Origin: a virus
Length of the DNA: 64,000 nucleotides
Virus record (IMG/VR): IMGVR_UViG_3300042894_005670
Strand: one strand, 5' to 3'
Part shown: positions 8,511-19,800 of the stretch, piece after piece
Numbering within the stretch: position 1 is the stretch's first letter
Layout of the letters: each line of letters starts with the position of its first letter
Notes under the pieces: model-generated
The model's input: only the letters and a program-made list of their open reading frames with translations
Database searches by the model: none
Told to the model about the DNA's origin: nothing
Program-made: the position numbers and the translations under genes

Positions 8511-9506
8511 TTATACCTCAGTTAAGTTATTTTTAAATATATTCCAAGCTTCTTCCCAACTATAACTTAGGCTTTCAAGCTCTACATTTTGTCTATTTAA
8601 TGTTAAACATTCTGTTATAGATAATTTTAAATTTTCTCGTAAGTATCCTGTAACACCATGTTTTACAACGTCTAGTGGTCCTTGACATGGATATGCTGCG
8701 ACAGGTGTACCACATGCCATGGCTTCAATCATTACAATACCAAATGTTTCCCAACGACTAGGAAATACAAATACATCAGCATTAGCGTAATATGTTGCTA
8801 AATCTGCCCCTGTTTTGAAACCTACAAATTCTACATCGGGATATTTTTGTTCTAATTCTGCACGATAGGGTCCATCTCCGACTAGTATTTTTTTTGCATG
8901 GAAATAGTTTAATGAACAAAAATCATCTAAATTTTTTTCTTTACTTATTCTACTTACACACAATAAATTAAGTTGATCATTTGTTTTTGTTCTTAAAGTT
9001 GATTTAAATATGGATCTATCAACTCCTCTAGTCCATGGTATAATATCACTTTTTAGACCTTTTTCTTTAAGTTGTTTTACCATAGACTCTGTAGTAGTTA
9101 AAACTTTTCCTGTATGTTTATGAAACCATTTTATGTATTTCCAAGTAATTGATTCGGGTAGTCCTAAAAGAGTTTTAAGTCCTTCAGGAAATTTAGTATG
9201 ATAAGCAGTATTGTACCTAAAATCATGTTTTGTAAGATATGCTCTAGCCCACAGACCCACAGGACCCTCTGTTGCGATATGGATATGATTCGGATTGATC
9301 TCCTCAATCTTCTCGCCCATCTGCCTTGGTAAGGCAATCTTGACTTCGTTATATAGAGGGCAATCAATGTAGCTGAACTCATCGGGAGTAATATAAACAA
9401 AATGATAACCATCCCGAATCGCATACGTTTCAATATTTTTGTAAGTGGTAACAACCCCATTAATTTGATCATGTAAATTATCTGTTACTATTAGTATTTT
9501 TTTCAC
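8511..9506 (-). CDS. GT4 glycosyltransferase (Agt-like glycolipid synthase candidate)
   Basis: NGVVTT, HIATEGPVG, YHTKFPE, DVFVFPSRWETFGIVMIEAMACGTPV. Confidence 0.9.
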   Translation of the reverse strand: MKKILIVTDNLHDQINGVVTTYKNIETYAIRDGYHFVYITPDEFSYIDCPLYNEVKIALPRQMGEKIEEINPNHIHIATEGPVGLWARAYLTKHDFRYNTAYHTKFPEGLKTLLGLPESITWKYIKWFHKHTGKVLTTTESMVKQLKEKGLKSDIIPWTRGVDRSIFKSTLRTKTNDQLNLLCVSRISKEKNLDDFCSLNYFHAKKILVGDGPYRAELEQKYPDVEFVGFKTGADLATYYANADVFVFPSRWETFGIVMIEAMACGTPVAAYPCQGPLDVVKHGVTGYLRENLKLSITECLTLNRQNVELESLSYSWEEAWNIFKNNLTEV

Positions 9507-9663
9507 ATTTTCCCTCTACTTTAAACCACGGAAATTTAACCCAATGTGCCATTGTTTGTAATGCGTGTTCACAACTAGCTTGATCTTTAAATTGAAGCTG
9601 TATGCGGCCTGGGATATCGGTTGGATCATACGTATTAACTACTATCAGAAATAACATCCACAT
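9478..9663 (-). CDS. Small hypothetical protein
   Basis: MWMLFLIVV start after AGGA; two Cys. Confidence 0.55.
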   Translation of the reverse strand: MWMLFLIVVNTYDPTDIPGRIQLQFKDQASCEHALQTMAHWVKFPWFKVEGKCEKNTNSNR

Positions 9664-10411
9664 AATCGTCCTTTGTATAGGGCCAATAAACAATTTCCCA
9701 TTTTCCATCATCGTGTTCGACTAACGCAGTGCAACTTTCTACCCAATCACCATCGTTCATATATATTATTCCGTTAATGTCTTTGATTTCTGCGTGATGG
9801 ATATGACCACAAATAACTCCATGATACCCACGCTTAGAACAATAAATAGCCAAATTATTCTCAAATCTAAAGATAAAATCCACTGCTCGTTTGACTCTGC
9901 GTTTAAGATATTGACTAAGACTCCAATAACCGAACCCAAAACGGTGCCTAATACGATTAAATGTGGTATTAAGAGATAAAACAATGTCATAAGCTTTGTC
10001 ACCTAAAAAACTTATCCATGGTGCTAATCTTGTTATGCCATCAAATAAATCACCATGTATAACCAAGTATTTTTTACCATCAATACCAATATGTTCAATT
10101 TGATTACATATTTTTATTCTCCCAAAATTTAAACCATATGGAATTAGTGGTCGTAAAAATTCATCATGATTACCTGATATGTAATATACTTGTGAACCAC
10201 GCTTAGCATGGCCTAAAATTCTTCGAATGACATTAGTATGTGATTGTTTCCAAAACCATTTATTTTGCTGTATTTTCCATCCATCTATAATGTCACCAAT
10301 AAGATAGATATATTCAGCAGAATTATTTTTTAAAAAACTAGATAAATTGTCTGCTTTACAACCTTTGCTTCCTAAATGAGTATCACTAATAAATATAGAT
10401 CTATATTTCAT
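9635..10411 (-). CDS. LpxH-like metallophosphoesterase (PlcP-type phospholipase C candidate)
   Basis: ISDTHLG, GDIIDGW, GNHDE, HGD, CGHIH, NDGDWVES motifs; adjacent to GT4. Confidence 0.88.
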   Translation of the reverse strand: MKYRSIFISDTHLGSKGCKADNLSSFLKNNSAEYIYLIGDIIDGWKIQQNKWFWKQSHTNVIRRILGHAKRGSQVYYISGNHDEFLRPLIPYGLNFGRIKICNQIEHIGIDGKKYLVIHGDLFDGITRLAPWISFLGDKAYDIVLSLNTTFNRIRHRFGFGYWSLSQYLKRRVKRAVDFIFRFENNLAIYCSKRGYHGVICGHIHHAEIKDINGIIYMNDGDWVESCTALVEHDDGKWEIVYWPYTKDDYVDVISDSS

Positions 10412-10475
10412 AAAAAAATAACTATAGAAAGTTTCGGCTCCCTATAGTTATTTACAAATTTAAACTGATTTATAT

Positions 10476-10493
10476 ATTACAGTTGTATTACTT
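10476..10493 (-). promoter_or_regulatory. Putative Pho box upstream of the PlcP-like gene
   Basis: minus strand AAGTAAT-ACAA-CTGTAAT, an 11-bp-periodic direct repeat like the PhoB consensus. Confidence 0.5.
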
Positions 10494-11495
10494 AATTTGA
10501 CTCCATACTTTTGTACGTATGTCGTTTTGTAGTTTATCAGGTAAGTGTACATAGTCAAGTTCTTCACTTAATTTCTTACCATTTTTAAATGCCCAATCAA
10601 AAAACTTTAATACGTCTTGACTTGCTTTTTTGTCTGCAGGATCTTTATACATAATAATAAAGCTTGCTGTTGTGACAGGCCAAGTATCCTTGCCACCCTG
10701 ATTTACAATACTCAGGCCCATTCCTGGAACTGAGAACCAATCTGCCCCCGCTGCGGCTGCTGCGAAAGTTGTATCATCAGGGTCAACAAAGTTACCTGCC
10801 TTGTTTTGTAGTTTCATATAATTCATGTTATTTTTCTTAACATAAGCATATTCAACATATCCGATTGCACCTTTTACTCTATTTACATTGGCAGCAACAC
10901 CCTCATTACCTTTTCCACCAACTGAAGAATTTGCTGGCCACTTAACGGCTGAACCTTTGCCTACTTTTTCTTTCCATGCAGGACTTACTTCAGTAAGATA
11001 ATCTGTCCAATTAAAGGTGGTACCACTACCATCAGCACGATGTACTACGGTAATATTTAAATCAGGTAATTTTTTACCTTGATTTAATGCACTGATTTTT
11101 GGATCGTTCCATTTCGTGATATCCCCCATAAAAATTTCTGCAAGGATAGGTCCTGTGATGCGAAGTTCACCTGCTTTAAACCCTTCAAGATTGATAACAG
11201 GTACTGTACCACCAATGATAACAGGGAATTGAATTTGTCCATTTTTATCTAAATCCTCACCTTTAACGGGTGCATCTGTTGCACCAAATGTAACAGTTTT
11301 TGAATTAATTTGGCGAATACCACCTGAACTACCTATACTTTGATAGTTTAGTTGTATACCACTTACTTTGTTATAGGCTTCTGCCCATTTTGCATAGATA
11401 GGATAAGGGAATGTTGCCCCTGCTCCTGTGATAGTTTGTGCATTGACGCTCAAACTAATTGTTACTGCTGCTATAAAACTTAAAATTTTCTTCAT
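10488..11495 (-). CDS. pstS: Phosphate ABC transporter substrate-binding protein PstS
   Basis: signal peptide; GAGATFPYP, YQSIGSSGG, HRADGSGTT, GAIGYVE. Confidence 0.96.
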   Translation of the reverse strand: MKKILSFIAAVTISLSVNAQTITGAGATFPYPIYAKWAEAYNKVSGIQLNYQSIGSSGGIRQINSKTVTFGATDAPVKGEDLDKNGQIQFPVIIGGTVPVINLEGFKAGELRITGPILAEIFMGDITKWNDPKISALNQGKKLPDLNITVVHRADGSGTTFNWTDYLTEVSPAWKEKVGKGSAVKWPANSSVGGKGNEGVAANVNRVKGAIGYVEYAYVKKNNMNYMKLQNKAGNFVDPDDTTFAAAAAGADWFSVPGMGLSIVNQGGKDTWPVTTASFIIMYKDPADKKASQDVLKFFDWAFKNGKKLSEELDYVHLPDKLQNDIRTKVWSQIK

Positions 11496-11512
11496 TTATA
11501 TTCCTTTTAAAA

Positions 11513-13717
11513 TTAATAACCAATAATTCCACCATCTTTTCTTGTAATAACAAGAGTTGCGCTACGTGGGCGACCTGTTACTCCATACCCTGCATTTCCA
11601 GGCCACTGACTTTGTGGAGCTGATCCTGTCCAAAATGACGCAGTAGTGTCCTCGCCAGGATGTTGAACGTTAACAAAAATTGTACGACCATCAGCAGACT
11701 CAGCGATTCCTGTTATCTCACAACCTGCAGGACCTGTCAAGAATCTACGCAATTTAGTTTCACCTAATTCTGCACCTACAAAGGTGTTTTGATCTTTTGT
11801 TGCCCCACTTAATGTATTAGTAATTGTTACAGATTTACCATCACCGACTTGGCCTGGGATGGCGACAAGCAGTTGATTATGTACTTCATCTGTGTAGGCA
11901 CCATCATCCGTTTGAATCCAACAAAGTCCTGTAGCTTTACTGAACCATAAACCATCAGGGCTACTGAATGAATTTTTAGCTGTTAATTTACTAACATTAC
12001 TTGCAGTATTATCTTCTTCTGATCCAAACAAGAAAATATCCCATACAAAACGTGAAGTTTCTTCACGAAAACGAATTATATGTCCATTAGGATTACCTGA
12101 GCCTTTTTTACCATCGGGATCAGCATATGAACGAGGATTTGCAGCATCTGTAGTGTTTGGCGTGCGATTTGAAGAGTTATTATTTGTTAGAGCAAAATAA
12201 ATCTCACCATTAGATGGATTTACTGCACCCCATTCAGGACGATCCATTTTTGTTGCACCAACTGCATCTGCTGCAATTCTTGTAAAGACATAAATTTCAG
12301 CTTGATTATTAAATTTAAATGTTGAGTAATTTGCAATGGCAGGATTAGAAATACTTAATTCCAACCAAACACCTGTCCCATCTGAATTAAATTTGGCAAC
12401 AAATAATTTTCCATCATTCATATATTTGTCACCTGCAGCAATTCCACCACCAAAATCAGCAGGATCCCAAGTTTTTGTACTAACCCATTTGTAAATATAT
12501 TCATTACGACTATCGCAACCCATATAAAAAGTTACAGGCTTTCCTGCTTCTAATTTACCATAGACACAAGCTTCATGTGCAGTACGCCCTAAAGCGATTC
12601 TTTTTACAGGTTGACTATTAGGTTGGGTAGGGTCAATTTCAATAATATACCCAAATGTATGTGGTTCATTACGAAAATCATCTTTGCCTGTAACACCTTT
12701 TACACTAACATCCCAACGACTAAATCTAAATTCAGTATCAGGCATATCTGTTACAGTATGCCAACCTTGTGTATTAGCTGAAGTTGCTGTTGCAGAAAGA
12801 GCAGCGTTACGAACTCCATAACGAGCACGAGTTTGTACTATACGTGCATCAGGAGCTACACTACCCTTTGGCATTGAAAAATATGTTGCCCAATTTTCTT
12901 CACAAGTTAAAAATGTTCCCCATGGTGTATAACCTGTACCACAATTGTTTAATGTACCACGACTTGTAGCACCTGTAGGATCATATTTGGTCTGTAACAA
13001 TGTTCTGATATTTGCTAATTCATTTGCAGGACCACTAATTTTCATTACAGTTTGTGGTGTAATTCTTCGATTATAATTACTATCAAGTTTATATGTCCAC
13101 CCGCTTGAGCCTTTATTAATTTCTACAATACTTACACCATGGTGGTTAATTTCTTTTAATGATTCTAAACCAAGACGAGAACCCAAGTCCCATTCACCAA
13201 ATTGGTCATATTTTTTACCACTTACCCCATTACTTGTTTGTCCATTTGGGTGAAAAAAGTGTGCATCTGATGAACTTTCATGATTCATACAAAGAAGTGC
13301 ACGATCAGTATAATTTTTTGTATATTTACCATTACTATCTAAGTGAAATAATTCTACTCCATCGTGATGATCACCTACACGTTTAGACCAATCATCTGTC
13401 TCCAATCCTTTATTGCTATAAGCTGCAATAGAACTACTCATACGGTCACCCGTAGCATGCAATATTGAATATTGATAGCCTTCGGGTAACGTAACTTTAT
13501 CTAAAATATTTTTCGGTACTGCATCAAACGACAATGACGTTGGTAAGTTAATACCATCATCTGTTGATGCACATGATGCCAAAGATGCACCTACCGCAGT
13601 TGTAAAAAACGCAGACCCTGTTTTAATGAATGATCTACGTGATTGATTTCCTAAAGATTCCTTAATAATATCATCTAAATGTTTGTTACTAGATGGGTTT
13701 TCATTTTCTATAAACAT
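11513..13717 (-). CDS. phoX: PhoX family alkaline phosphatase (Tat-exported)
   Basis: Tat motif SRRSFIK; NNCGTGYTPWGTFLTCEEN, GRTAHE, MDRPEW, SPDGL, CEITG, VQHPGE. Confidence 0.94.
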   Translation of the reverse strand: MFIENENPSSNKHLDDIIKESLGNQSRRSFIKTGSAFFTTAVGASLASCASTDDGINLPTSLSFDAVPKNILDKVTLPEGYQYSILHATGDRMSSSIAAYSNKGLETDDWSKRVGDHHDGVELFHLDSNGKYTKNYTDRALLCMNHESSSDAHFFHPNGQTSNGVSGKKYDQFGEWDLGSRLGLESLKEINHHGVSIVEINKGSSGWTYKLDSNYNRRITPQTVMKISGPANELANIRTLLQTKYDPTGATSRGTLNNCGTGYTPWGTFLTCEENWATYFSMPKGSVAPDARIVQTRARYGVRNAALSATATSANTQGWHTVTDMPDTEFRFSRWDVSVKGVTGKDDFRNEPHTFGYIIEIDPTQPNSQPVKRIALGRTAHEACVYGKLEAGKPVTFYMGCDSRNEYIYKWVSTKTWDPADFGGGIAAGDKYMNDGKLFVAKFNSDGTGVWLELSISNPAIANYSTFKFNNQAEIYVFTRIAADAVGATKMDRPEWGAVNPSNGEIYFALTNNNSSNRTPNTTDAANPRSYADPDGKKGSGNPNGHIIRFREETSRFVWDIFLFGSEEDNTASNVSKLTAKNSFSSPDGLWFSKATGLCWIQTDDGAYTDEVHNQLLVAIPGQVGDGKSVTITNTLSGATKDQNTFVGAELGETKLRRFLTGPAGCEITGIAESADGRTIFVNVQHPGEDTTASFWTGSAPQSQWPGNAGYGVTGRPRSATLVITRKDGGIIGY

Positions 13718-13768
13718 GTAATTTGGCTCCTTAATAAAACATATTTACAAAAATAGTAGCATATAATT

Positions 13769-13786
13769 ATTACAGAATTATTACAA
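13769..13786 (-). promoter_or_regulatory. Putative Pho box upstream of phoX-pstS
   Basis: minus strand TTGTAAT-AATT-CTGTAAT, ~50 bp upstream of the phoX ATG. Confidence 0.65.
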
Positions 13787-13997
13787 TTTTAAAATTAGGA
13801 TAGGTATAAATATTATTATAATTAAAGAATTATAATATGGCTAGTCCACCACCACATTATAGAGAGATCGTATTAATTGGTATATAGGTTAGTCAGGATC
13901 CATTTTGGGATATCTACACGCTTAGGCTAGCCTCACCTGAGGGATCGCACGAAGAGATTAAGAAGGCCAAAAATAATTGCTGTTAGGATCCTTAAAC

Positions 13998-15479
13998 CTA
14001 TTTTACATTGCACATTAAATTAATATAATCTTTATGATCAAGAACCATTAAATATTGTAATTGCATAGCAGCATTAGCACGATCTGCAACAACTTTGTTA
14101 TAATTCTCTCTATTTTTTTCAAATAAATTTTCTAAACTTTGTAAATTAATTAGGTTTAAACCTAGATAAATTTGGTAAAAATTAACAGCATAAAACATTA
14201 GATAACGGTTAGGAAAATATGACCAATGAAAATGCCCCTGCTGAAATTGGCTAATCGTAGCTTGATTAAAAGGTGTTAATTCAAATGGTCTATCTTTCCA
14301 AAATTCTGTATCATCTCGATTAACAAAATAATGAGCTTGTATATAACTTATAATATTGTCAAACGATTCAGAAAAAGTAGCGTTATACAAATTTTCAACA
14401 ATTTGATTATTAACTAACCATCCTTCTAGCATATCACTTAAGCCGTTTGCTTGTAATATAGTAAAACCAATACTTTGCGCTTCTAAAGGTTCTGCAAAAC
14501 TACCTGCTAAACCAATACTTATACAGTTTTTAGACCAAAATTTTTCTAACCTTCCCGCTGTGAATGGAATATCCTTGCCAACTTTTTCTACTTTTTTCTT
14601 TAATGACTTAGATAATTCGTTTAACGCTTCGTCAGCAGTAATATAGTTAGTATTAAAAACGTAACCATTTCCATAACGTTCTTGTGTGGGTATTTTCCAT
14701 GCCCATCCTGCACTTAATGCGGTGGCGGTGGTATATGGCTCGTAATTTTGATTTTTCTTAAACTCCGTAGGAAAAGCAATAGCTCGATTCATAGGCAAAT
14801 ATCGCTCATAACTTATCCATTTATTGTCTAATTCTTTACTGATTATACGATTCATACCGCTACAATCAACGAAAAAATCTCCACTTAATGTACTTTTATC
14901 TTCAAATTTTAGTGAACTAACATTGCCAAAATGATCTAAATCAACACTTTCTACATCATTTTCTAAAAAGGTAATTTGTCTTTCCATACATTTTTTAGTT
15001 AAAAACTCATTTAACGCAAACGTATCAAAATGGTACTGATTACCTACTAACAAGTTATTGTGTACAATTACCTTATGTTCACGGAAAATGTGAAATCCTG
15101 GCGAGACAGGAAACGGTGAATCCCTGTTGTTTAATGCTAAAAAGTTGTAGATATCCATACGGTTAAGACCTGAAAATTCCGCACCTCCGCCTACATTGTG
15201 ACAATATTCGTGACCTTTTCTTAACCAATCTTTAAATAAAATACCAATTTTTACGGTAGCTTTGGTTTCTTTTATCAGTTCATTTACGCTGATATTCACC
15301 AAATTCATAAAACCATTCCAATGTTCAGTACTACCCTCCCCTACACCGATAATACCAATTTTTGATGATTTCACAATTGTAATATTAATATGAGCAAATT
15401 TTTCACGCATAATTAGTGCAGTTACCAAACCTGCTGTACCTGCACCAACTATAACCATCTTGTTGATGTTAGCGATCAT
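13998..15479 (-). CDS. Tryptophan-halogenase-family flavin-dependent enzyme
   Basis: IVGAGTAG, IGVGEG, WAWKIP, FAEPLE. Confidence 0.9.
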   Translation of the reverse strand: MIANINKMVIVGAGTAGLVTALIMREKFAHINITIVKSSKIGIIGVGEGSTEHWNGFMNLVNISVNELIKETKATVKIGILFKDWLRKGHEYCHNVGGGAEFSGLNRMDIYNFLALNNRDSPFPVSPGFHIFREHKVIVHNNLLVGNQYHFDTFALNEFLTKKCMERQITFLENDVESVDLDHFGNVSSLKFEDKSTLSGDFFVDCSGMNRIISKELDNKWISYERYLPMNRAIAFPTEFKKNQNYEPYTTATALSAGWAWKIPTQERYGNGYVFNTNYITADEALNELSKSLKKKVEKVGKDIPFTAGRLEKFWSKNCISIGLAGSFAEPLEAQSIGFTILQANGLSDMLEGWLVNNQIVENLYNATFSESFDNIISYIQAHYFVNRDDTEFWKDRPFELTPFNQATISQFQQGHFHWSYFPNRYLMFYAVNFYQIYLGLNLINLQSLENLFEKNRENYNKVVADRANAAMQLQYLMVLDHKDYINLMCNVK

Positions 15480-16156
15480 AGATCAACCTTCTTAACCCGT
15501 TCAATAGGACTAGCACTATTAGTTTCAAACTTTTTAACAAAAAATACTTGTGTCAATCTTGGATCACCGCTTGTATACAAACTTTGTGCTGCATGATAAC
15601 TCTCACCATCAATTAATATTAACCTATTGTATACATTGTGAACACGTGTTACTTCAGTAAACATACCATTAGACTTTTCAAAAATAGTGTCATAATTTTT
15701 GTCTTTGCCATTTTTATATAAATTTTCTTTTGCTTTTCTACCTGTTTTAAAGATATAGTCTTGATTAAAGTTTTTATTAGTATGATAAACACTAGTACCT
15801 GTGTTTAACTCATTATCAGGGTTGAGGTAGATAATACCTGCGTAAATCATATCATCTTTATGAATCCAACCCTTGTTTTTATTTGAATTAGGATCATCAG
15901 AGTAAGGTTCAATCTTTTGAAAGTAACTTAATACATCTAGTGATACAGTATGAAAGTTAGTATCATAAAAAATGTTTATAAGTTTAAGACAGAATTTCTG
16001 AAAAAATTCACCATCAAGTTCGTTTAGTAAGGCACTCCGTACCCCAGGCCACTCTCCCCTATCATTTGGTCCGTACTCACAAGCTAATGCCATTTCACGA
16101 ACTTTATCGGGATTGTTGTAAAAATTGTCCATGACTAATGTTGGAAAATATACCAT
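15476..16156 (-). CDS. 2OG-Fe(II) oxygenase-like (DUF6445-type) protein
   Basis: DNFYNNPD.VR, WPG.R, WIHKD, GIIYLNP, YNRL...YH. Confidence 0.75.
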   Translation of the reverse strand: MVYFPTLVMDNFYNNPDKVREMALACEYGPNDRGEWPGVRSALLNELDGEFFQKFCLKLINIFYDTNFHTVSLDVLSYFQKIEPYSDDPNSNKNKGWIHKDDMIYAGIIYLNPDNELNTGTSVYHTNKNFNQDYIFKTGRKAKENLYKNGKDKNYDTIFEKSNGMFTEVTRVHNVYNRLILIDGESYHAAQSLYTSGDPRLTQVFFVKKFETNSASPIERVKKVDL

Positions 16157-16252
16157 AATTATCCTTTTCGTATCAAAATAATATACTAATTTATACCCAT
16201 TTGTGACGGACAATATATTTTTTCAACTGATAAATACCTTAAAGGATCACTT

Positions 16253-16747
16253 ATGGCTGCAATCTATGTTCCTGTTAAAGGGTTAACAGGATTGATTAAT
16301 ATTCTTACGCTAGATACGTCAAATACGATTGCACAATGCTATACAGCAGCATCTACCGCTGAAGGTTTAACAGCATCATACTATCAACTTTTGGCACTTG
16401 AACGTGATCCTGACTACAACTCAGTTGATACACCTACTACAACTATTGGGCAACTTAACTTTGTTGGTGCTACAGGAAATAATCCTTTTACTAATATCAC
16501 GCCAAATACTGATATGTTTTACTTTAAACCGTTACAGGAAAACCAAACTAGACAGTATTTACAAGTTCAAAGATTAGATATTGCTGAGCTAAAACGTAAA
16601 GGTGGTCCAAGTGGCAATACAACTATTCCTGCCTATAGAGCCAATAACACCTATGATATTTTATTATTACCTACACAATATGTGGGAAATACGGTAGTTA
16701 ATAATCCACATCCTAGTGGTTTAATAGAAGGTAGACCATGGACGTAA
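16253..16747 (+). CDS. Putative virion structural protein
   Basis: late TAAATA upstream; ends GLIEGRPWT; precedes the fibre gene. Confidence 0.65.
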   Translation: MAAIYVPVKGLTGLINILTLDTSNTIAQCYTAASTAEGLTASYYQLLALERDPDYNSVDTPTTTIGQLNFVGATGNNPFTNITPNTDMFYFKPLQENQTRQYLQVQRLDIAELKRKGGPSGNTTIPAYRANNTYDILLLPTQYVGNTVVNNPHPSGLIEGRPWT

Positions 16748-16815
16748 CTTTTTAGTACGTCTATGGATACTTTCTAAATTTACATAAATAAAATATAAAG
16801 GGAAGAACTTAAATC

Positions 16816-19800
16816 ATGGCAATTGTACCTTCTGCAAGAACGATTATTAGTCCATTATCTGATCCTGCGCTTATGCGTAATGAAGTCATAGTATCAAGCG
16901 CAAACGGTCAGATTGCTATATTTCAAACGACAAAAGATATTTACGTTACATCTTATACTCAAGAGTATAATAATCAAAACATTATTAACCAAAACATAAC
17001 GTATGATATTGTAAATCAGCCTGGGAATACTACGTACGGGGTACAATATAATAACGGTGGATCGTTTGCGTCAGAAAGTGGATTTACCTTCAACCCAAAT
17101 ACTTTTACACTGAATGTACCTAATGTTGCTGTAACAGGTAATACAAACTTAGGTGATGTACTTAATATTACAATTTCAGGTGGTTCAGCTAATCAAGTTC
17201 TTACAACAGATGGTACAGGCAACGTTTATTGGCAAAGCCCAATCATCTATGGTAATGCTGAAGTAGCAAACTACTTACCAACCTATACAGGCAACTTAAA
17301 AGGTGGTAACGCAAATATTAGCGGTGAAATATTAGCCAATGCGTTAAATGTATCTTTTAATGTCAATGCATACACTGTTTCAGCTAATTTCATAGCGGGT
17401 GATGGTTCTAACTTAAGTAACTTACCATTGGTAAATAATGCTGCCAATGCTAATTATTCAAGTTATGCAAACGTAGCAAATACAGCAGGTACTGTAACAA
17501 CCAATGCTCAACCTAATATAACAAGTGTTGGTACATTAACAAGTTTAAGCGTAACAGGAAATATAACAGGTGGCAATGCAAACTTAGGTAATGCAATTAA
17601 TGCAAACTATTTTATTGGTGCAGGAAATAATTTATCTAATATTCAAGGTCCTAATGTAGCAGGGACTGTTGGTAATGCAAACTTATCTCAATACCTCAAT
17701 GTAAGTGATGTAAGTAATAATTACAGTTATCACGTGGTATTGAGTGCAGGATCAGGTGATAAAAGTCTGCACATTGATGCAGATGATAACCTACAATATA
17801 ACCCAAATAGTGGTTTACTAACTGCCGTTAGAATGGATGCTAGCATTTTTGTTGGTAATCTATACTACTCAAACGGTTATCCTGTTGCTAATGTTGTAGG
17901 TATTGGAAACATTGCAACAATTAATTTGGATGGTAATTCAAGCAATGTATTACTTGGTAATGGTACATTTGGCGATGTGCCAGGTATCAAGGCAGTTATA
18001 GCAAACGGTGATTCAAACGTAAAAATAGCAACAGCCAATGGCAATGTTACAGTTAGTGTAGCAGGTAGTCCAAATGTTGGTGTATTTGGAACAGATTCTT
18101 TAACTATATCTTCTAATATTTTTGCAGGTAATACAGTAAACGCAGCAAATATTGTAGGAAATGTTGGTAACTTTGCCAATGCTTTTGTACAAAGCACATT
18201 AACTGCAGTAAACATTACAGCAAATACAGGCATATTTACAGGTAATGGTGGTGGTTTAAGCAATCTTGCAGGTGCGAATGTTACCGGCACTGTAGCAAAT
18301 GCTAATTACGCAGTGTATGCAAATCATGCTGCTTACGCTAATGTGGCTAATAGTGCGTTAAGTGTTAATGTAGCAAACGTTGCAAACATTGGTAATGTAG
18401 CAACGCTAAATTTAAATGGTAATGGCTCAACATTTTTGGGTGGTAATGGCTCATGGTTAGTACCAATGGGATTGGTACAGTCAACCAATGTAGTTACAAC
18501 GTCTAACGTATCTAATGGATATGGTTCTGCTTATTATAATATTTCATTTAATAACAATACGAGTGCAGTATTAAATGTAGAATTTCAGCTACCATTAAAT
18601 TTTGATAGTAGCAACAGCAATGTATTATATGGTAATGGAGCGTTTGCTCCAAGTTACGGTAATAGTAACGTTTCAACATATTTAAATAGTTTAGGTAGTA
18701 ATAATATTACTACCTCAGGCAATGTCACTGCAACAAATCTCACAGCAACTACTCAAGTTAAAACCCCATTAATTATATCAGGTAATAATGGCACTGACGG
18801 TAACAGTTTAACCATTGAAGCAAGTGATGCGGCAGCACCAAGTGGTAATGGTGGTAATTTAATTTTACGAGCAGGCACAGCAGGCTTTAGCGGTGTAGGT
18901 GGAGCTGTGTTTGTTGGACCAACAAATACTAGCGCAGTGTACCTTGGGGGTGGGCCTGGGTATGGGACAGCAGTGCCTGTGACGATACCTGGGAATTTGA
19001 CGGTAAATGGTAATATAGGTACAACTAATCTCAACGTAAACGGCGTTAACGCAACTACATTAACAGGTACATTAACAACTAATGCTCAACCTAATATTAC
19101 TTCAGTTGGAAACTTAACATCACTTATTGTAACAGGTAATACTACGGTTGGTAATTTAATTGGTCCTGTAGCCAATGGTAATACTAATTTAAATATTCCT
19201 GCTGCAGGTGGTAACCTAAACATTAGCGCAGAAGGTAATGCTAATATATTAGTCGTAACAGGCACAGGTGTAAATGTAGCAGGTACTTTAAATGCAACAG
19301 GTAACGCAAACGTAGGCAACTTAGGTACAGGTGGGTTAATTACTGCTACAGGTAATATAACAGGTGGTAATTTAATTACTGCGGGTACTATAAATGCATC
19401 AGGAGGTAACTTAGCTTCTAACTCATCAGTACAAACATATTATGATGGCGGCGCAGAAAATGGTGTTATAAGTTTTAATAAAGGTGGTTTTATTACAACA
19501 ACCACTTATGGTCTTACATTAAACACAGGTGGTACAAATCAAAATATTGTTCTTAGCCCAAGTGGTTATGTAAACATTTTATCAAATGTGTTAGCAGGTA
19601 ATATTCAGTCGAATGGGCAAATTGTAGCTAATAGTAACATTTCAGGTTTAAATTTATCCACAGCAGGTAATGTCAATGCAAATGGAAATATCAGCGCAGC
19701 TAATATTTCAGCTTCAGGAGCATTAAGTGTAACAGGTAATGCTGTAATTAGTGGTAACTTAACAGTCAATGGTAATATTACTTACATTAACGTTACAGAA

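Noticed and set aside
13837-13995. Amber read-through ORF or alternative genetic code
   Set aside because: TAG terminates ordinary genes here, long genes are intact in code 11, and no suppressor tRNA was found.
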